A DNA stretch of 64,000 bases from the human T2T-CHM13v2.0 reference genome, Homo sapiens: the NCBI RefSeq assembly GCF_009914755.1, contig NC_060933.1, one strand, 5' to 3'. The translations under genes and the position numbers were made by a program. Under the pieces are notes generated by a model that was given only the letters and a program-made list of their open reading frames with translations, did not search any database and was not told where the DNA came from. Position 1 is the first letter of the stretch, and every line of letters begins with the position of its first letter. Below, piece by piece: positions 12,572-26,321 of the stretch.

Positions 12572-14008
12572 CAGTGCTCAAACGTTTAGGAATCAGGGTC
12601 TATATACTCTTTAAAATGAAGAGCATTAATTAATGTATATAAATTTTCATTTATCATATTAGAAATGAAAGCTGAGAAAAACTTTTAACAATCGTCATTG
12701 ATTATCAGTTAATTATTATGAAAACACTAATTTAAAAATAAAAATAAACCCATAAAACAGTAACATAAATGACACATTTTTATGAAAGATAATTATATTT
12801 TCCAAAACAAAAAAATTAGGGGAGTGAGACTGTTCTATATTTTTGTAAATTTCCTTAAAATTTGACTTAATAGAAAATAGCCTTATTCAATCTGCATTCA
12901 ACCTGTGTGATATATTATTTTAGTGGAAACCTATGAAGAATATCTAGTCTGATATAGACATGTATTTTTGGAGAAAAGAAAGAGATTTTTACTGCTTTTA
13001 AAGTTATTGTAGAATACTTCTTTGATAGCATAGCAACATTTTATGAGTAGTAGTTTCTAAAAGATCAGTTACAATATAAAATCTAAAACCAAATCAAATA
13101 ACTTTTCATATTATTATATTAAAATCCACTGGCTATCTCTTATTGTGAATGGATCCTTTATCTATGACTGCTTGATCATCATGCACTGGTGATCCAGAAA
13201 ATATTGGTTCACTAAATTAGGCATAATCAAATTATTAACATATACAAAATACTAAAAATTACTCTTGTTAAAATTACCGCTAATCTTATCCGAATAATTT
13301 TAAAGTATTGGGAAGTGTCACACCTATGGTAGCACAAAGAATTTTCAAAATTTTAACTTTTACTTCAAAGCTCAAACTTGATCACTGGCAACAAATACAA
13401 ATACAAAATAGTTGCTTTCCTTGAAGTTACAAGATCACTTTGTTTATTTTTGAGAAATATATGCCAAATACCTTAAGCCTCAATAGCTTTAGTTTGACTA
13501 TTAGTTACACTTTTATGTTAAAATGATGTTAAATGAAAAAGTAGCTAGTTCAGTGTGCAACTCAATTACAAAAGTACTTTTTGTTCTAGAAAACATCATA
13601 CTTCAGTTTGCAGCAAATGTGCTTTATGCATACTTCACATTTCATCACAAAGGATATTAAGATGGTGTTTATTCAAAGAACAAGTTATAAAAAATAATGC
13701 ATACTACTTCATAAAGGACACTGTTAAGTGACCTGCCATTTTGTTTTTTTTTGCTTGTTTACTTTAAAGAAATGATGGTGGAAAATACAGTGACTGCTAG
13801 TAACAGTCTGGTGTTGCCAGATTGAATTGTGCTAAGATTCTGGAAATTTTACCTACCATTGCCTTTGCACCATCATGGAAACTGTTAACACAATGAAGAC
13901 ACAAATAATACCTTAGTCTTAACTTAAAAATAGTTTTCACCTAGCACACGGCTCAAAAGGATCTTGGGAACTCCCATGGTACACGGACAAGAATTTTGAG
14001 AATGACTA
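12572..14008 (-). mobile_element. Charlie1a-like hAT DNA transposon, near full length (~1.44 kb)
   Basis: Termini cagtg-ctcaaa...tttgagaatgacta; internal ggatcttgggaactcccatggtacacggac and attagaaatgaaagctgagaaa match recalled Charlie1/1a. Confidence 0.75.
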
Positions 14009-14289
14009 TCAAATAGTGACTTAAAAACAAAAACTGAAGTGTTAGAGTGTTTCTAGGAACTTGAGTATAAACAATCCTCTTTTAGGCCAGGGTGGAGATA
14101 CCACTTTCCACCTTCAGTAACATCACTCTCGTGAGTTAGAAAGGATTTAGATTAAGATTAAAATAACTAAGGCTGGACCAAGGGAAACTGCCCTGCTCAT
14201 AATTGCTTACCCCATACCTGGGACTGTAATGACTCATACCGAACCAATGTCAAAAACCCTGAATCAACTGAGGGAATTGGCAAAAGAGG

Positions 14290-14545
14290 GACAGAGATAG
14301 AGAAAGAAAGTGAGAGGACACAGAAGACCCATGAAGTTATAGACAAAAAGAAACGGAGATTAGGAAATCAATAAATATAGGGAGAGAAGGAGGAAAGTGT
14401 GAAAGGAGGGAGACAAAAAGAGAAACAATCATAGAGTCGAAATAGAGAGAGAGAGTGTGTGAGAGAGAGAGATAATGTTTTGAGGACACAAAAGCTAACA
14501 GAGATAGACAGGCAAAGAGAAACAGAGTCAGAAGGAGACAGAGAA
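14290..14545. repeat. GA-rich low-complexity tract with (GA)n
   Basis: Directly visible. Confidence 0.7.
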
Positions 14546-15079
14546 TAAGTATGCTATCATATTAGATTGTCAATGAAAGGAAAGGCAAAAATCTTTGCTT
14601 TGACATAGTTTTCAAGTAGTCACAGATTTTCTCTCTCTTCTGTGAGGCTGATTGACTATGGATGCATGGGAGTGTCTGCTTGCATGTGGATTAGGAAGAT
14701 TGCTGCCTTTTCCTTCTGCCATGACCTGAAAGCCACACTGACTGCTGATGGAGGTAGTAAGGGATGTCCTGCAGTGGAAGAAGATAGACCTAGGAATCTG
14801 CAGCATAAAAGAGGTGTCTTGGTGCATGAGAACGAGACCTGGCACTGGGCATCTTCCAGGTTGACATAATTACCAGGCTGGGTGAGAGATGTAGTGTAAG
14901 TGCTTTACTTTGTCACTTATCAAATCTCACTGGTAAGGCCTAAAGAAACTGAATCTTCAGGAGAACTAAACATATAATTTTCCCTTTAACCATAATAGGG
15001 AATTGCCACTGGTCCTCTCTATCAAACATTAGATATGTTCAGATTCTTAAATGGAGACACAGTAAGGAACCACTTTGGA

Positions 15080-15201
15080 TGTATGTATGTATGTAGAGAT
15101 AAGGTCTTGCTATGTTTCCTAGGCTGGTCTCAAACTCCTGGCCACAAGCAATCCTCCCACCTTGGCACTGGGATTACAGGCATGAACGACCATGCCCAGC
15201 C
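15080..15201 (-). mobile_element. FLAM_C-like free left Alu monomer
   Basis: gtagagataaggtcttgctatgtttcctaggctggtctcaaactcctggccacaagcaatcctcccacc...ctgggattacaggcatga. Confidence 0.85.
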
Positions 15202-15825
15202 CCACCTCACATTTAAAAACAAGATTACAAACAAGTAATTCCTAAATATTAACACTATTATTGGAAAACACACAGAAAGACAGAATGCTATATTCACTGT
15301 AAGTAAATGGAAACAGGTTAAAAAAAAAATAGGTGACTCTGTGTCATTACAGTGTGTTCCTATTAGTGTTCACATTGTATAAAAGGAAGAGTGGGGAGTG
15401 GTCAATAAGATTAGGTTTCATATCAGTCCACGGCATGAAAATGGGAATTCTGGGCTGCTATTCACCATTATGAAGACAAAGGCAACTTGGTATTAAGTGT
15501 CTCTAGGGACAGGAAAAGCTGTATGTAATCTTAGTTGGAGAGGGGAAAAAAACATGAGCAGGGAGAATGAAAGAGCTACCAGCACCAGCTGCTGTGATGC
15601 CAAACAGGAAGATGAGCTCTCCCTGTGCTCTTGCCAATTCAGGTTAATATTTAAAAACTTAAAACTGTACTCTGATTTTTATTAAAGTGACAGGTTTTTG
15701 TCCTGAAGTGGCACTGTTTCTTTATCTGTAAAGTGAAGTGCGGGAATCACACTGGTATTTCCCAGACTATTCCGTATAATGCTTGTGCACTAGAAGATGC
15801 TAACATAATCAAGTTTGACAAATAT

Positions 15826-16068
15826 TTCCTTCCTTCCTTCCTCCCTCCCTCCCCCTTCCTTCCTCCCTTCTTTCCCTCCCACCCTCCCTCCCTCCCCCTT
15901 TCCTTCTTCCCTTCTTTCCCTCCCTCCCTCCTCCCTCCCTTCCTTTCTTCCTTCCTTCCTCCCTCCCTTCCCTCCTCCCTCCCCTGCCTCCTCTCCCCTT
16001 CTCTCCCCTCCCCTTCCCTCCCCTCCCCTTCCCTTCTCCTTTTCTTGCCTTTCTTCCTCTTCTTTCCT
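15826..16068. repeat. ~240-bp polypyrimidine (CCTT/CCCT) tract
   Basis: Almost exclusively C/T on the + strand. Confidence 0.95.
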
Positions 16069-17111
16069 TGTCATTCCCTCACAATCTACTTAACATAATA
16101 AAGATTCTAAGAGTACCACAATGAAAGAAAATATTTAAACTGATTTAAACACAGAATTTCTTTCTCTTTTTCCACATTGCCATCTCTTGGGATGATAACA
16201 TTACCCTGGGAAACAATTTATGAAATGCCAAACTTCGTACTTGCTAAAAACCCTTATGAATCCAGGATTCTATGATTCTAAGCAGGACTAAGTGGGAGCA
16301 CAGGAAATTGTCCCCTAAATTAGCTCCATTTGCCTCTGTAACCCAAGTGTCTGGACTCAACATATTCAGAAGCCTGGCAGTTGAGGGCCATGGAGAATAG
16401 CCTATTACTTAGTCTCTTTGGATATCATCAGCATCGCACTAAGACACTGTGCATGTGAAGCACACCCTGGGACGTATGATTATCTTACCACCACTTAATT
16501 TTTAGGTCAATGAGCACAAGAGGAAATTTCCTTTTGAAAAGATCAGGAAATTAATGTAGGATTGCAGGAATTACATACAAATCCCCATGCAATGCAATGC
16601 CAAATTTCAAAAAGTACAAAGGGATGCACATGAAATTTGGCAGAATTAGGAGTCTTTACCTTGAAGGAGAAAGAGAATGAAAATTATCTGCCTGAAGTAA
16701 GCATTAATGCTTTATTTTATGGGTATGTTCTTTCTTTTAGTTCAGCATTCTCTAGATTCTCTTAAACTTTATGATTTTTGTTTGATTATTGTCTATCTCT
16801 TAAAGGTGAGGCTTCACAATTCCAGGTGGCAGTAATAAAGTCCATACTTATGGATGTCTCAATGTCTCCAATCTGTGGAATATAAATTTTGAATATATAC
16901 AAGTTGAGTGGCTTCCATTTTCAGGATGTGAAATATCTGTTCATGTTTTTGTTGTTTTGATTGTTTATATCACTTTATGTGGCAATACCTAGACCATCAT
17001 AAAAGAGGTTTGGCAAAGTAAAATCTACCTGAAGATTTTAACATTTAGTGGGAAAACGCATTCATAGATCACTTTGCCCTAGAATTTCCACTTACCAGTA
17101 AAATAGAGACA

Positions 17112-17340
17112 ATAAGAATAATTTATTAAGCACTTTTTATATTCTTGGCAATGCACTAATTTCTTTACTTATAGCATCTGAATGCTTATAATAAGTCTAT
17201 GAGGTTGGTGCTGTTAACATGTCCATTTTATATTGAAACTCAAAGTAGTTACATAAACTTTTTCAAAGTCACACTGCTTTTAATGGCAAATCTTGTGATC
17301 AGATCTAGGTTTGTCTGATTCCAAAGTCTAAATTATTAAT
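17112..17340 (-). mobile_element. MIR SINE
   Basis: atttattaagcact...ctatgaggttggtgctgtt...ccatttta...gaaactc...caaagtcacactgct...atctaggtttgtctgattccaaag. Confidence 0.75.
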
Positions 17341-17954
17341 GATGCTCCTTCATTGCTAATTGTTTCTTTATTCAGTGCAATCGTAGTAGCCAACAGATGA
17401 CCATCCATTAAGACTCATGTCATAGACTGTCTGAATATTCTGCATTGTTAACTGGATGAGTCTAACCTTGGACTGGATTCTGGGAGCTGCAGCTGTATTT
17501 AAGGATTGTAATGATATTGACCTCAGCAGGTAGAATGTGAAGCTGAAGAAAAGCCAGAGACAATGTCTCATGGTGACCCTGTAATGATGAATCAAATTAT
17601 TAACAAAATATTTAATAAGAGTATCTAGGCAAAAAGACAACACATGAATTCAGACAATAGAAGCAAAAGATAATACAGTAATGGCAAAACAAGTTTGAAA
17701 TGGCAGCAGAGGTAGTCTAAAAAGATTCCCTGAGGTACTGAAAAAAGGGGTGCTGACACTTTTTTAGAATGCCGACAGCCTCTCCAGTGTAAGGGGAATG
17801 TTTTAAAACCTACCAAGTTGTATCTGACAGGTTATCAGCCCTCCAGGAATCGGCATCTCCCCTCCTTTACCGTACAATGAGCCCCCTTATCATATTATGC
17901 ACCTACGCTTTACTTTTTAGGCAGGTTAAACTGCTGTGAGGTACACTGCAAATG

Positions 17955-18075
17955 ATAAGAAAGGAGAGAAGAGGAGAAAAAAGGAGAGAAGGGGAGAAGA
18001 AGGGAAGGGAGGGGGGAGAGGGAGAGAAGAGTGTTGAGTTGATGAGGAGGAGTGAGAGACTGAGAGAAAGAGAGG
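17955..18075. repeat. Purine-rich (GGA/GA) low-complexity tract
   Basis: Directly visible. Confidence 0.75.
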
Positions 18076-18852
18076 TTGGCCATGGCAATGATATCCAAGG
18101 AAGGAGCCTCAATCAAAGATGATGCCAAGACCTCAGAGACTCAGCTCTTAATAACCACTAACAGGATGATGACATCAAAACTAACAACATGCAAAGGGAA
18201 AGAGCAGGGACTGGTACATGGGACAATGTTCAACAGGATCACTCAGATAACTTTGTGGTAGAACTTGGTGGAACACAATCATTGGAGAAATCTGTGGTGT
18301 AGCTTGGTGTATTTCACCACCTAATCCCCAGTGCATGTGTAAGTACCTGTCACCCTGCATATACTGCTCATGTTTGTGAAATCTCCTCAAGTTGCCAAGG
18401 GCTGCTGAGTTGGTTTGTTGTACAGGTTTTGAAATCGCTGGATTGGAAATGAGAAATAAACCTATGAGACTGAGGGGTAGAGATGAAAGAAAACAGAGAA
18501 ACGGTCTCAACATTAGAAGATGGGAGGAAGAAAACAAAATTATTTCTGGAAAATTATCATAGTCTATTGTCTCATAAGAACAATAAAGTAGATATAATAA
18601 TTGGGAAATAAATTGCTGAGGTAAAAGAGATAGATCAGAGGTGAGGTCTAGATACATTATAATAACCCAAATAATAAAGGTACATGAGAATAGAAGGAGA
18701 GGAGTAAATTAAAGGAAGATGTGGACAAAATAAGGATGAGAAAAACTAGATACATGTATAGGATCACCAAGGAGCAAAAATGATTCAAGAAACAAGGAAT
18801 TAAATTTATTTATCATTCATATTCTCCTTCAGTTCCTTTCTCTTTTCTTTTA

Positions 18853-18858
<6 letters not shown>

Positions 18859-18917
<59 letters not shown>
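18859..18917. repeat. (TC)13(AC)16 compound microsatellite
   Basis: Directly visible. Confidence 0.95.
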
Positions 18918-18920
<3 letters not shown>

Positions 18921-19507
18921 AACAATGAACCCAAGGATTCAGCACTTAATCTACCAGCCCAGTTCTATCTAATACTGAATAGTGACAAACAGAATTATTG
19001 TGACTGTTTACAAATGGCTACTGCTTCCAGGCAATTTTCAAGGCCTGGAAGAAAGTATAAATGTCATCTAGACATAGTGAAACATAAAAGACATTTTGGA
19101 TGTTAGAGCTCAGACTTTTAATATATACCAACTCTAAAAGCTGCAATTATGTGGTAGCAATAACCATGTGGGTAAATATAGTGTACATCTCAAAGATAAT
19201 AAAATAAATGGTCCTCATAGGGTAGTTTTAATGCTAAATTTTGTGTTTGTAACAATTACATTTTAAATCTTTAATGCTGGTGTTAAGATTTTCAGCATAA
19301 GTGAGTTAGGTTGTTCACACTATTCAGACTCAAAAGTAACAAATGTTCTTGGAGCAAAAAAGTACATAGAAATTCTACTTTCATGAATCTATTCTTGATA
19401 TGTGTAGGATTTTGACTAAAAGCATTTTAATTATAGTTTTAATTAAAAAAGATAGCTCTCAAGAAAACACCCTTCCCTCTCTAAGAAAAGATAGCAAATA
19501 ATTAGAA

Positions 19508-19793
19508 CACCTATAATCACAGCATTTTGAAAGGCCAAGGCACGAAGATTGCTTGAAGCCTGGTGTTCAAGACCAGCCTGAGCAACACAGCAAGATTCTG
19601 TCTCTACAAAACACAAAAGAATTAGCCAAGCATGGCAGTGGGCACCTGCAGTTCCAGCTACTGAGGAGGCTGAGGCAGGAGAATCACTGGAACCTAGGAG
19701 TTTGAGGTTACAGTGAGCTATGATGGAGTCATATGATGGAGCCAGCCTAGATGACAGGGTACGACCTTTTCTCTAAAACGAACAAACAGAAAA
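19508..19793 (+). mobile_element. AluJ (5'-clipped, diverged)
   Basis: gattgcttgaagcc...ggagtttgaggttacagtgagctatgat are AluJ-type positions. Confidence 0.9.
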
Positions 19794-19891
19794 TGTCTCT
19801 GTGTGTTGTGTGTTATAGAAAAAAGTTACGGAAGTGTCCTAAAATGTTATTATCTGTGCTCATTTGTGAGTGATAAGAAATATGTATAATT

Positions 19892-20251
<360 letters not shown>

Positions 20252-21779
20252 TTAATTTTTTTGTGTGGGCACATATTTCATTTATATGTGGGAAAATTAT
20301 TTCTAAAAATAAATAGGCAGATGTAACTTATAAATAGGTTACAAAAACCACTTCTATGATCAGTATGCCAAAAATATGTTTATATAAAATAATGGTTGCT
20401 GAGTCATCAGAACAGTCCATATTCTAGAAAATGTTGAAAAAATCAAGTAAATTTATTAATTCATTTGTTCATTTATTCATTCACTCAAGACACCTTTATT
20501 TAAATTTTAACAAAATATTGAATTATTTAATATTCACTACATATGAATCACTACTAATCACAAGGTCTACAGGAATGGAGGAAGCACCATAGCTGTCTTT
20601 AAAATGACCAAATGCCATGAAATCAGAAAATGGTTATGCTCATGTATATTTCTGATATGCTCATGTAGATTTATTTGGCTAAGAAGCATTCAGACATTGG
20701 TAATAGTAGAAATCCAGCTATATACTGTAAGGTTTGGAATAATTGGAATAGGCACAATTCTCTAGATGGCAATACAATCTTACTGTCATACTATCGCCGG
20801 CAAGAGTCTGATCTGTAGCAAGAATGCACATAGGTTTGCCTTCCCCTTCCTTTTTTTCCCATCCTGGCAGACAGGCCCTGAATTTCTAGTTTCAAGCAGC
20901 CAAATAAGGACTTAGGCAAATTCAGGCCCCTAGCATAGTCTGGCGATTTATATACTTGGGGTATATATGGCTTAGGATTTCATAGCCAGGGAATAACTTG
21001 TAACGTAATCCATAATACATAGCCCATAATTGTATTTTGCATGTTTATTAAAAAGGAGTAAATGGAGTAGGACTCATCCATATCCTTTCCTTTTGGGCTC
21101 AGGAGAAGATAGGATATGCACTTAAACTACAATTTATAATCTCAAAACCTCCTCCAGCTCCAGAAGAGCTATTTATCATCTCAGTGCTAAATGTAACCCA
21201 GAAAGAGAAAATGAACCTCCTGTAATGAAAAGTCTGAAAGTTGGAGCTATAAACAACTGCACGGAGAGTTCTGTGCTGAATTTATACAGACTGTAACCAT
21301 CGTTCAAGGTGAAAAAATCAGTGACAGAACAAAAATCATCCACTGAACCTCAAGAGACACCTCTTTTCTCTGTGCTTTGCTTTTCTATATAGTGTTCTCA
21401 TTCCTGATCAAGTTCTCTCCCCAGGGAGTGCTAATTGGCTAACAGTAACAACTACAGAAGTCTGTTTTGTTCTATAAACCAGCAGACTCAAAGAGTCCTC
21501 TGTGGAAAACTTAACGTTAATACTACTTCTGACTTCATCCAAGAGAGCTGCTATGCTGTATCATAACCTTTGTTGCCACTTTGGAGTCTCTTTTCCAAGC
21601 TCTTATTTAATAAGCTTTAGGGAAAAAATACAGTTCATTAAAACAAACAAACAAACAAAAAAACAGGTCATTTGGTTTCAGACATTAAAGAGTGTATAAC
21701 CTACTAAATAAACACAATACTGAAGGTAGGGTGGGAGCTACTGGTAAAATATTTTTTTAAAGTCTATTTCCTAAAAAGA

Positions 21780-22000
21780 TTAGCCAATGTTTACCAGGTG
21801 GTAGGCCTTATTCTGTGTACTTTACCTGTATTAAATCAGTCAATCCTCATGATAACCTTAGGAAGTTGGTACCACTGTTAATCACAGTTTACTAAAAAGG
21901 GAACTGAGATTTAGAGAATTTAAAACTAAATAATTTATCCAAATTCATACAGATAGTAAATGTCAACATCTTTCCACTCATACCTTTAGATTAGAAATTC
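21780..22000 (-). mobile_element. MIR SINE
   Basis: tactttacctgtatt...aatcctcatgataaccttagg...gggaactgagatttagaga...taatttatccaaattcatacagatagtaaatg. Confidence 0.7.
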
Positions 22001-22189
22001 ATTATTTTTATATCAAACTTAGTTAAAACATTTTTGCATTTACTTTTTAAATGTTCTTGAAGTATGAAAACCAAGGATAATAAATATGCCTAACTTTCTT
22101 CACACCACAAATAGTCATTCAGGCCACTCCTTTTCTCTTTCTTTATAATGTACTGGTACATAGCTAAATTATTGTATACACATAAATTT

Positions 22190-22330
22190 TAAAATATTTT
22201 ACTGTAAAAGTATCAAGCTGTATTAACTGTAAAAGTTAAAGGATTTTATAGTAAGTACCCATATACCAATAACTAGATTTTGCTCTAAATAATTTACTAC
22301 ATTTTATTTATCATATATACATCTATTATA
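22190..22330 (-). mobile_element. Old L1 (L1MC-type) 3' end remnant
   Basis: aaaagttaaaggattttatagtaagtacccatatacc...actagatt. Confidence 0.4.
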
Positions 22331-22790
22331 TATTTATCATACAACATATTCTCATATATCTATACATTTATTATATTATTTTGTATCCTCCTTTTAATTT
22401 TACATCTTATCTTACTTTAATCCTAAACATACTTTAATTACTTCCCTTAAAGAGATTTACCCACACATTCATTAGGCCATGCTCTGGCCTAATCCTGGAA
22501 CTTTACTCATTTGAAATATTTTCTTCTCATCCTTTACCTTCTCAATACTCCAAATGCTACTTATCCTTGAAGGTTTACTTTCTATATTTCATTGTCCATG
22601 TTAATAATATTTTGCCTATATTGTCTCTAAGTAAGATACAATGTTCTGCATTTAAGTGTTTAGCGCTGACAATTACATAGAAAAGGGGAAAGTGAAACTG
22701 AAATTTCCATTTTTCAATATCTTTAAGAGAAATTTGCATTACATGGAGATTCCACATCACAATAAGACATTTTGTACTAATACTTGAGAA

Positions 22791-22929
22791 GAGTATTGAC
22801 TAACAGAACTTTCTGCAGTGTTGGTACTATTTTATATATCACTATAAGTATTTAGCATTGAGTTTTTAATTTAATTTTAATTAACTTAAGTAGCCATATA
22901 TAGCTAATGGCTATCTAATTAGCACAGCT
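22791..22929. mobile_element. MER3-like hAT-Charlie MITE
   Basis: aacagaactttctgcagtgttgg...tttaattttaattaacttaagtagccatatatagctaatggctat...agcacagct. Confidence 0.65.
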
Positions 22930-22967
22930 CAAGACTAGTACATTGAAGATAAGAAAAGATAAGTTTC

Positions 22968-23144
22968 CTATCATGTGATCAAGCAGTTCCACTACTGGGT
23001 ATGTATCGAAAGGTAAGGAAATTACTGATCTATGAAAAGGATACCTGAACCCTCATGTTTACTGTGGCATTATTCACAATATCCAAGATATGGAATCAAC
23101 CTAAGTATATATCAATGGATGAATAAAGTAAATGTGGTATATGA

Positions 23145-23185
<41 letters not shown>

Positions 23186-23611
23186 GGAATACCATTAAGT
23201 CATAAAAAAGAATGAAATCCTGTCATTTGCAGCAACATGGATGCAAATGCAGGTCATTATGGTAAGTGAAATAAGCCAGGTGCAGAAAGACAAATACCAT
23301 ATATTCTTACTCACATATGTGAGCTAAGAAATTTGATCTTACGGAGTTAAGTAAAATGATAGTTATCAGTGGCTGGGAAGAGTGTGTGTAGGAAGAGGGG
23401 ATGAATAGAGATTGGTTAATGGGTACAAACATATAGTTAGAAGGAATAAGTTCTAGTGTTTGATAGCACAGTAAGGTGATTACAGTAACAATAATATATT
23501 GTATATGTCAAAATAGCTAGCATAAAAGGTTTCAAATATTACCAAGACAAAGAAATGATAAATGTTCAAGGTGATGAATATCCCAAATATCCAGATTTGA
23601 TCATTACCCAT
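22968..23611 (+). mobile_element. L1MA4/5-like ORF2 end plus 3' UTR
   Basis: aatgaaatcctgtcatttgcagcaacatggatg...gaaataagccagg...agaaatgataaatgttcaaggtgatg. Confidence 0.9.
23147..23183. repeat. (AC)18 microsatellite within L1MA
   Basis: Directly visible. Confidence 0.95.
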
Positions 23612-23754
23612 CTAATTGTGTCAGATACTTTGTCAAGTGAAGATGCAAATGATATGTGTGCATATATATGTGTACACACATCCCCTCTACATACATATAT
23701 GTACACACACACGCATATATATATATACACACATACATATACATATTCTGTATA

Positions 23755-24480
23755 AGGAGCTTATATTTATCACAGTCAAGGACAATTTGTGATACAGAAT
23801 ATCCAGTTCAGACGTTATATGAACTAGATTATATGAAATTATATGAAAAATCACTGTGTCAGTATTACAGAACAGAGAAGGGCACCTAACTCAGTCCCCA
23901 GTACCTGTGGATGATAGAGGAAATACACCAAAAAAGCTTCCTATAGGGATGTGTGAGCTCAACCTTAAAATTAAAGCAGTAGCTGATTAAGAAAAAAAGT
24001 ATAGGGAGACCTTTCCAGAATATTAGCTAAAATATTGAGGCAAGAAGCATCATGATATACATGGAAACCTCAAAGCAGTTCTGCTTTTCTCAGCTAGTTT
24101 GGGCAGACTATTTAGGACTAGTATGCTCTGTTTAAGAGCTGGGGTGTTATTCTGTAGGAATGAGAAACCACCGACGAGTTACAAACAAGGAGTGACATAG
24201 TCAGATTCTAGTTTTAAACAGATCATTGTAGAGACAAGGTAACCAGAAAGGCAACCAGTTAGGGTAATTTTGCAATATACTATGATAGAGATATTAGAGG
24301 CCTGAATCAAGCTATTGTCAATGAGGGTGAACATGAGGAAACAGAGTAGAGAAATAATTAAGATTAAGTTTTGGTATAATCCCTAGGCTTAGTAGTTTAG
24401 AGAACAAGATAAAAAGTTTAGTTTTAGGTAAATTTAGTATACATGCCTATGAACTATGCGCATGGGATGGTCTAAGATAG
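23755..24480 (-). mobile_element. L2 LINE remnant
   Basis: gaacagagaagggcacctaactcag...ttattctgtaggaatgagaaacca...aaggagtgacatagtcagatt. Confidence 0.65.
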
Positions 24481-26109
24481 GGAAGGAAGCAACTAGGAAG
24501 AAGAAAATATTTCCTGTTCAGTTTCAGAACTTTTACTTCTCACCAACACTAGTATCTCAACTCATGAGCTACCAGTTTATATAAAAAATATACAATTTTA
24601 AAAATAGAAGATAAGAGAATAATCTTATATTAATCTTATATTAATTTTAATAATCCAAATAATCTGTCTTTTGGAGCTAAGTTGGCATTTTATGCATCAA
24701 ATGGTAAAGAGTAGAAATGACATGCATTCCATCCTGATAACGAACAGGTAGAGTTTGGGATTTATTTAATTACAACAATTCTTAGGATAGAAATTCAAGA
24801 GGTAACTTAAAATTTATTTGCCCCAGATAAGTAGAAAGTGAATAGTGAACTATTTACATAAAAGCATTATCTGAGTATTTTTATTTAAACCCAAGTAACC
24901 AGAACACTAATATCAATTGATATTACTAATCTCTCTTGACCCCTTCCTTTTAAAGGAAACAAATACTAGGATTTTATTTCATGAAACTTTCAAAACAAAA
25001 GCAAAGTCCAGGGTATAACTGGGCACAAGAAAACATTCATTCCCGTTTCCTACGTATTTAAATCACTGGACAATGAGGATTAATATTCAGAATCATGTTT
25101 CCTTCGCATTGTAAGTTCTGTAATTAATGCTTAATTTTTACCACTATATTCTGCTTCCTGAGAAAAGGAGATTTATAAATGCTCATTTAAAAAAGCTTAC
25201 CCAGAGAGGGTCAATACAATAGGTTTTCCAGCATAACATACAGTTAATTCAATCAGTTAGTGGGAACAACTCAAATACTACTTCTTAAAAATCACTTGAG
25301 CTCCCTTTTATGATTTTTAATACCTTAAACTATCTTTAATCTTTATGACATTTCCAGACAAAATGGTAGTAATGATTGATCTCCACTGATCAAACACAAA
25401 GTAACTATATAAAAGAAATAGAGAAACTATAAGTAAATATAAATATATCCATGTGGCAGAGTAATTCTCAGGCCTAAATATGTCTTCACAAGGGCTGCAT
25501 AGGGAAAATTTAAGTACGAATTTGTCTAGATAGGATATTTTTGCGAAGCAAAGCTAAAAAGCCCCAAAAGCCAATTTAAATGACTAGTTTTATCACACTT
25601 GTGTGCCTGTAGAAGCTCAATCCACAGACCTATTGATTTAGATAATCTATGGATAGAGAAAAATTTCCTTTCAGCATCTTTCCAAAAGCTGCCCAGAGGA
25701 AGGTGATTGGCCCCTTAGGCTTGTTGACATAAAAGTTGAGATTGAAAGGCCACCTCCTCTCAAACTGTGCTGAATGTCCTCATCCTGAGAAATTAAGAGG
25801 CTGAAAAAACTGACTAATGTCTGAAAAGCAGAGATTAGAACAAAAGAGTAAGAGAGGTTGAGAAGCAGGATAAGAATCGAGGCCTCTTTACCTTTGAAGA
25901 ACTAGGAACAAACGGTTAGAGAATCACACAGTAATTAGTAGCACTATTCTTATATTTTTATTCCTTAGATGTGGCTTGTTTTCCAAAGAATTCCATATAT
26001 TTATCTATTATAAACTGTACGTCAACTTTGTCAGGTAGGCAGTGGATATTTTTTTTCCGGATAAAGCAAGGTTGGTGATAAAGCAGCTTACAAACGAATA
26101 GCCATCATG

Positions 26110-26321
26110 CGTTAGTCATATATTAATTCTCACACTCATTATGTGAAATATGTAGTATTATTACTCCTATCTTATGCATGAACACACAAGTATATAGAGA
26201 TACCAATTGACTTGGTAACTTATGTCACTTAGCGTATGGTAGAGTTAAGGTAAAACATCTAACTATCCTGACATGGAGCATATTTTGTTTATTTGTTTTT
26301 CAGTAGACCACATCGCCTCCC
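26110..26321 (-). mobile_element. MIR remnant
   Basis: taattctcaca...tattattactcctatcttatgcatga...ggtaacttatg...accacatcgcctccc. Confidence 0.55.

Noticed and set aside
15733-16098. Pro/Ser/Leu-rich and Gly/Glu/Arg-rich ORFs
   Set aside because: They are open only because the pyrimidine/purine tract lacks stop codons. The same applies to 243-437 and 17903-18128.
18181-18657. 158-aa minus-strand ORF
   Set aside because: No recognisable domain or exon structure; it lies in purine-rich, probably L2-derived sequence.
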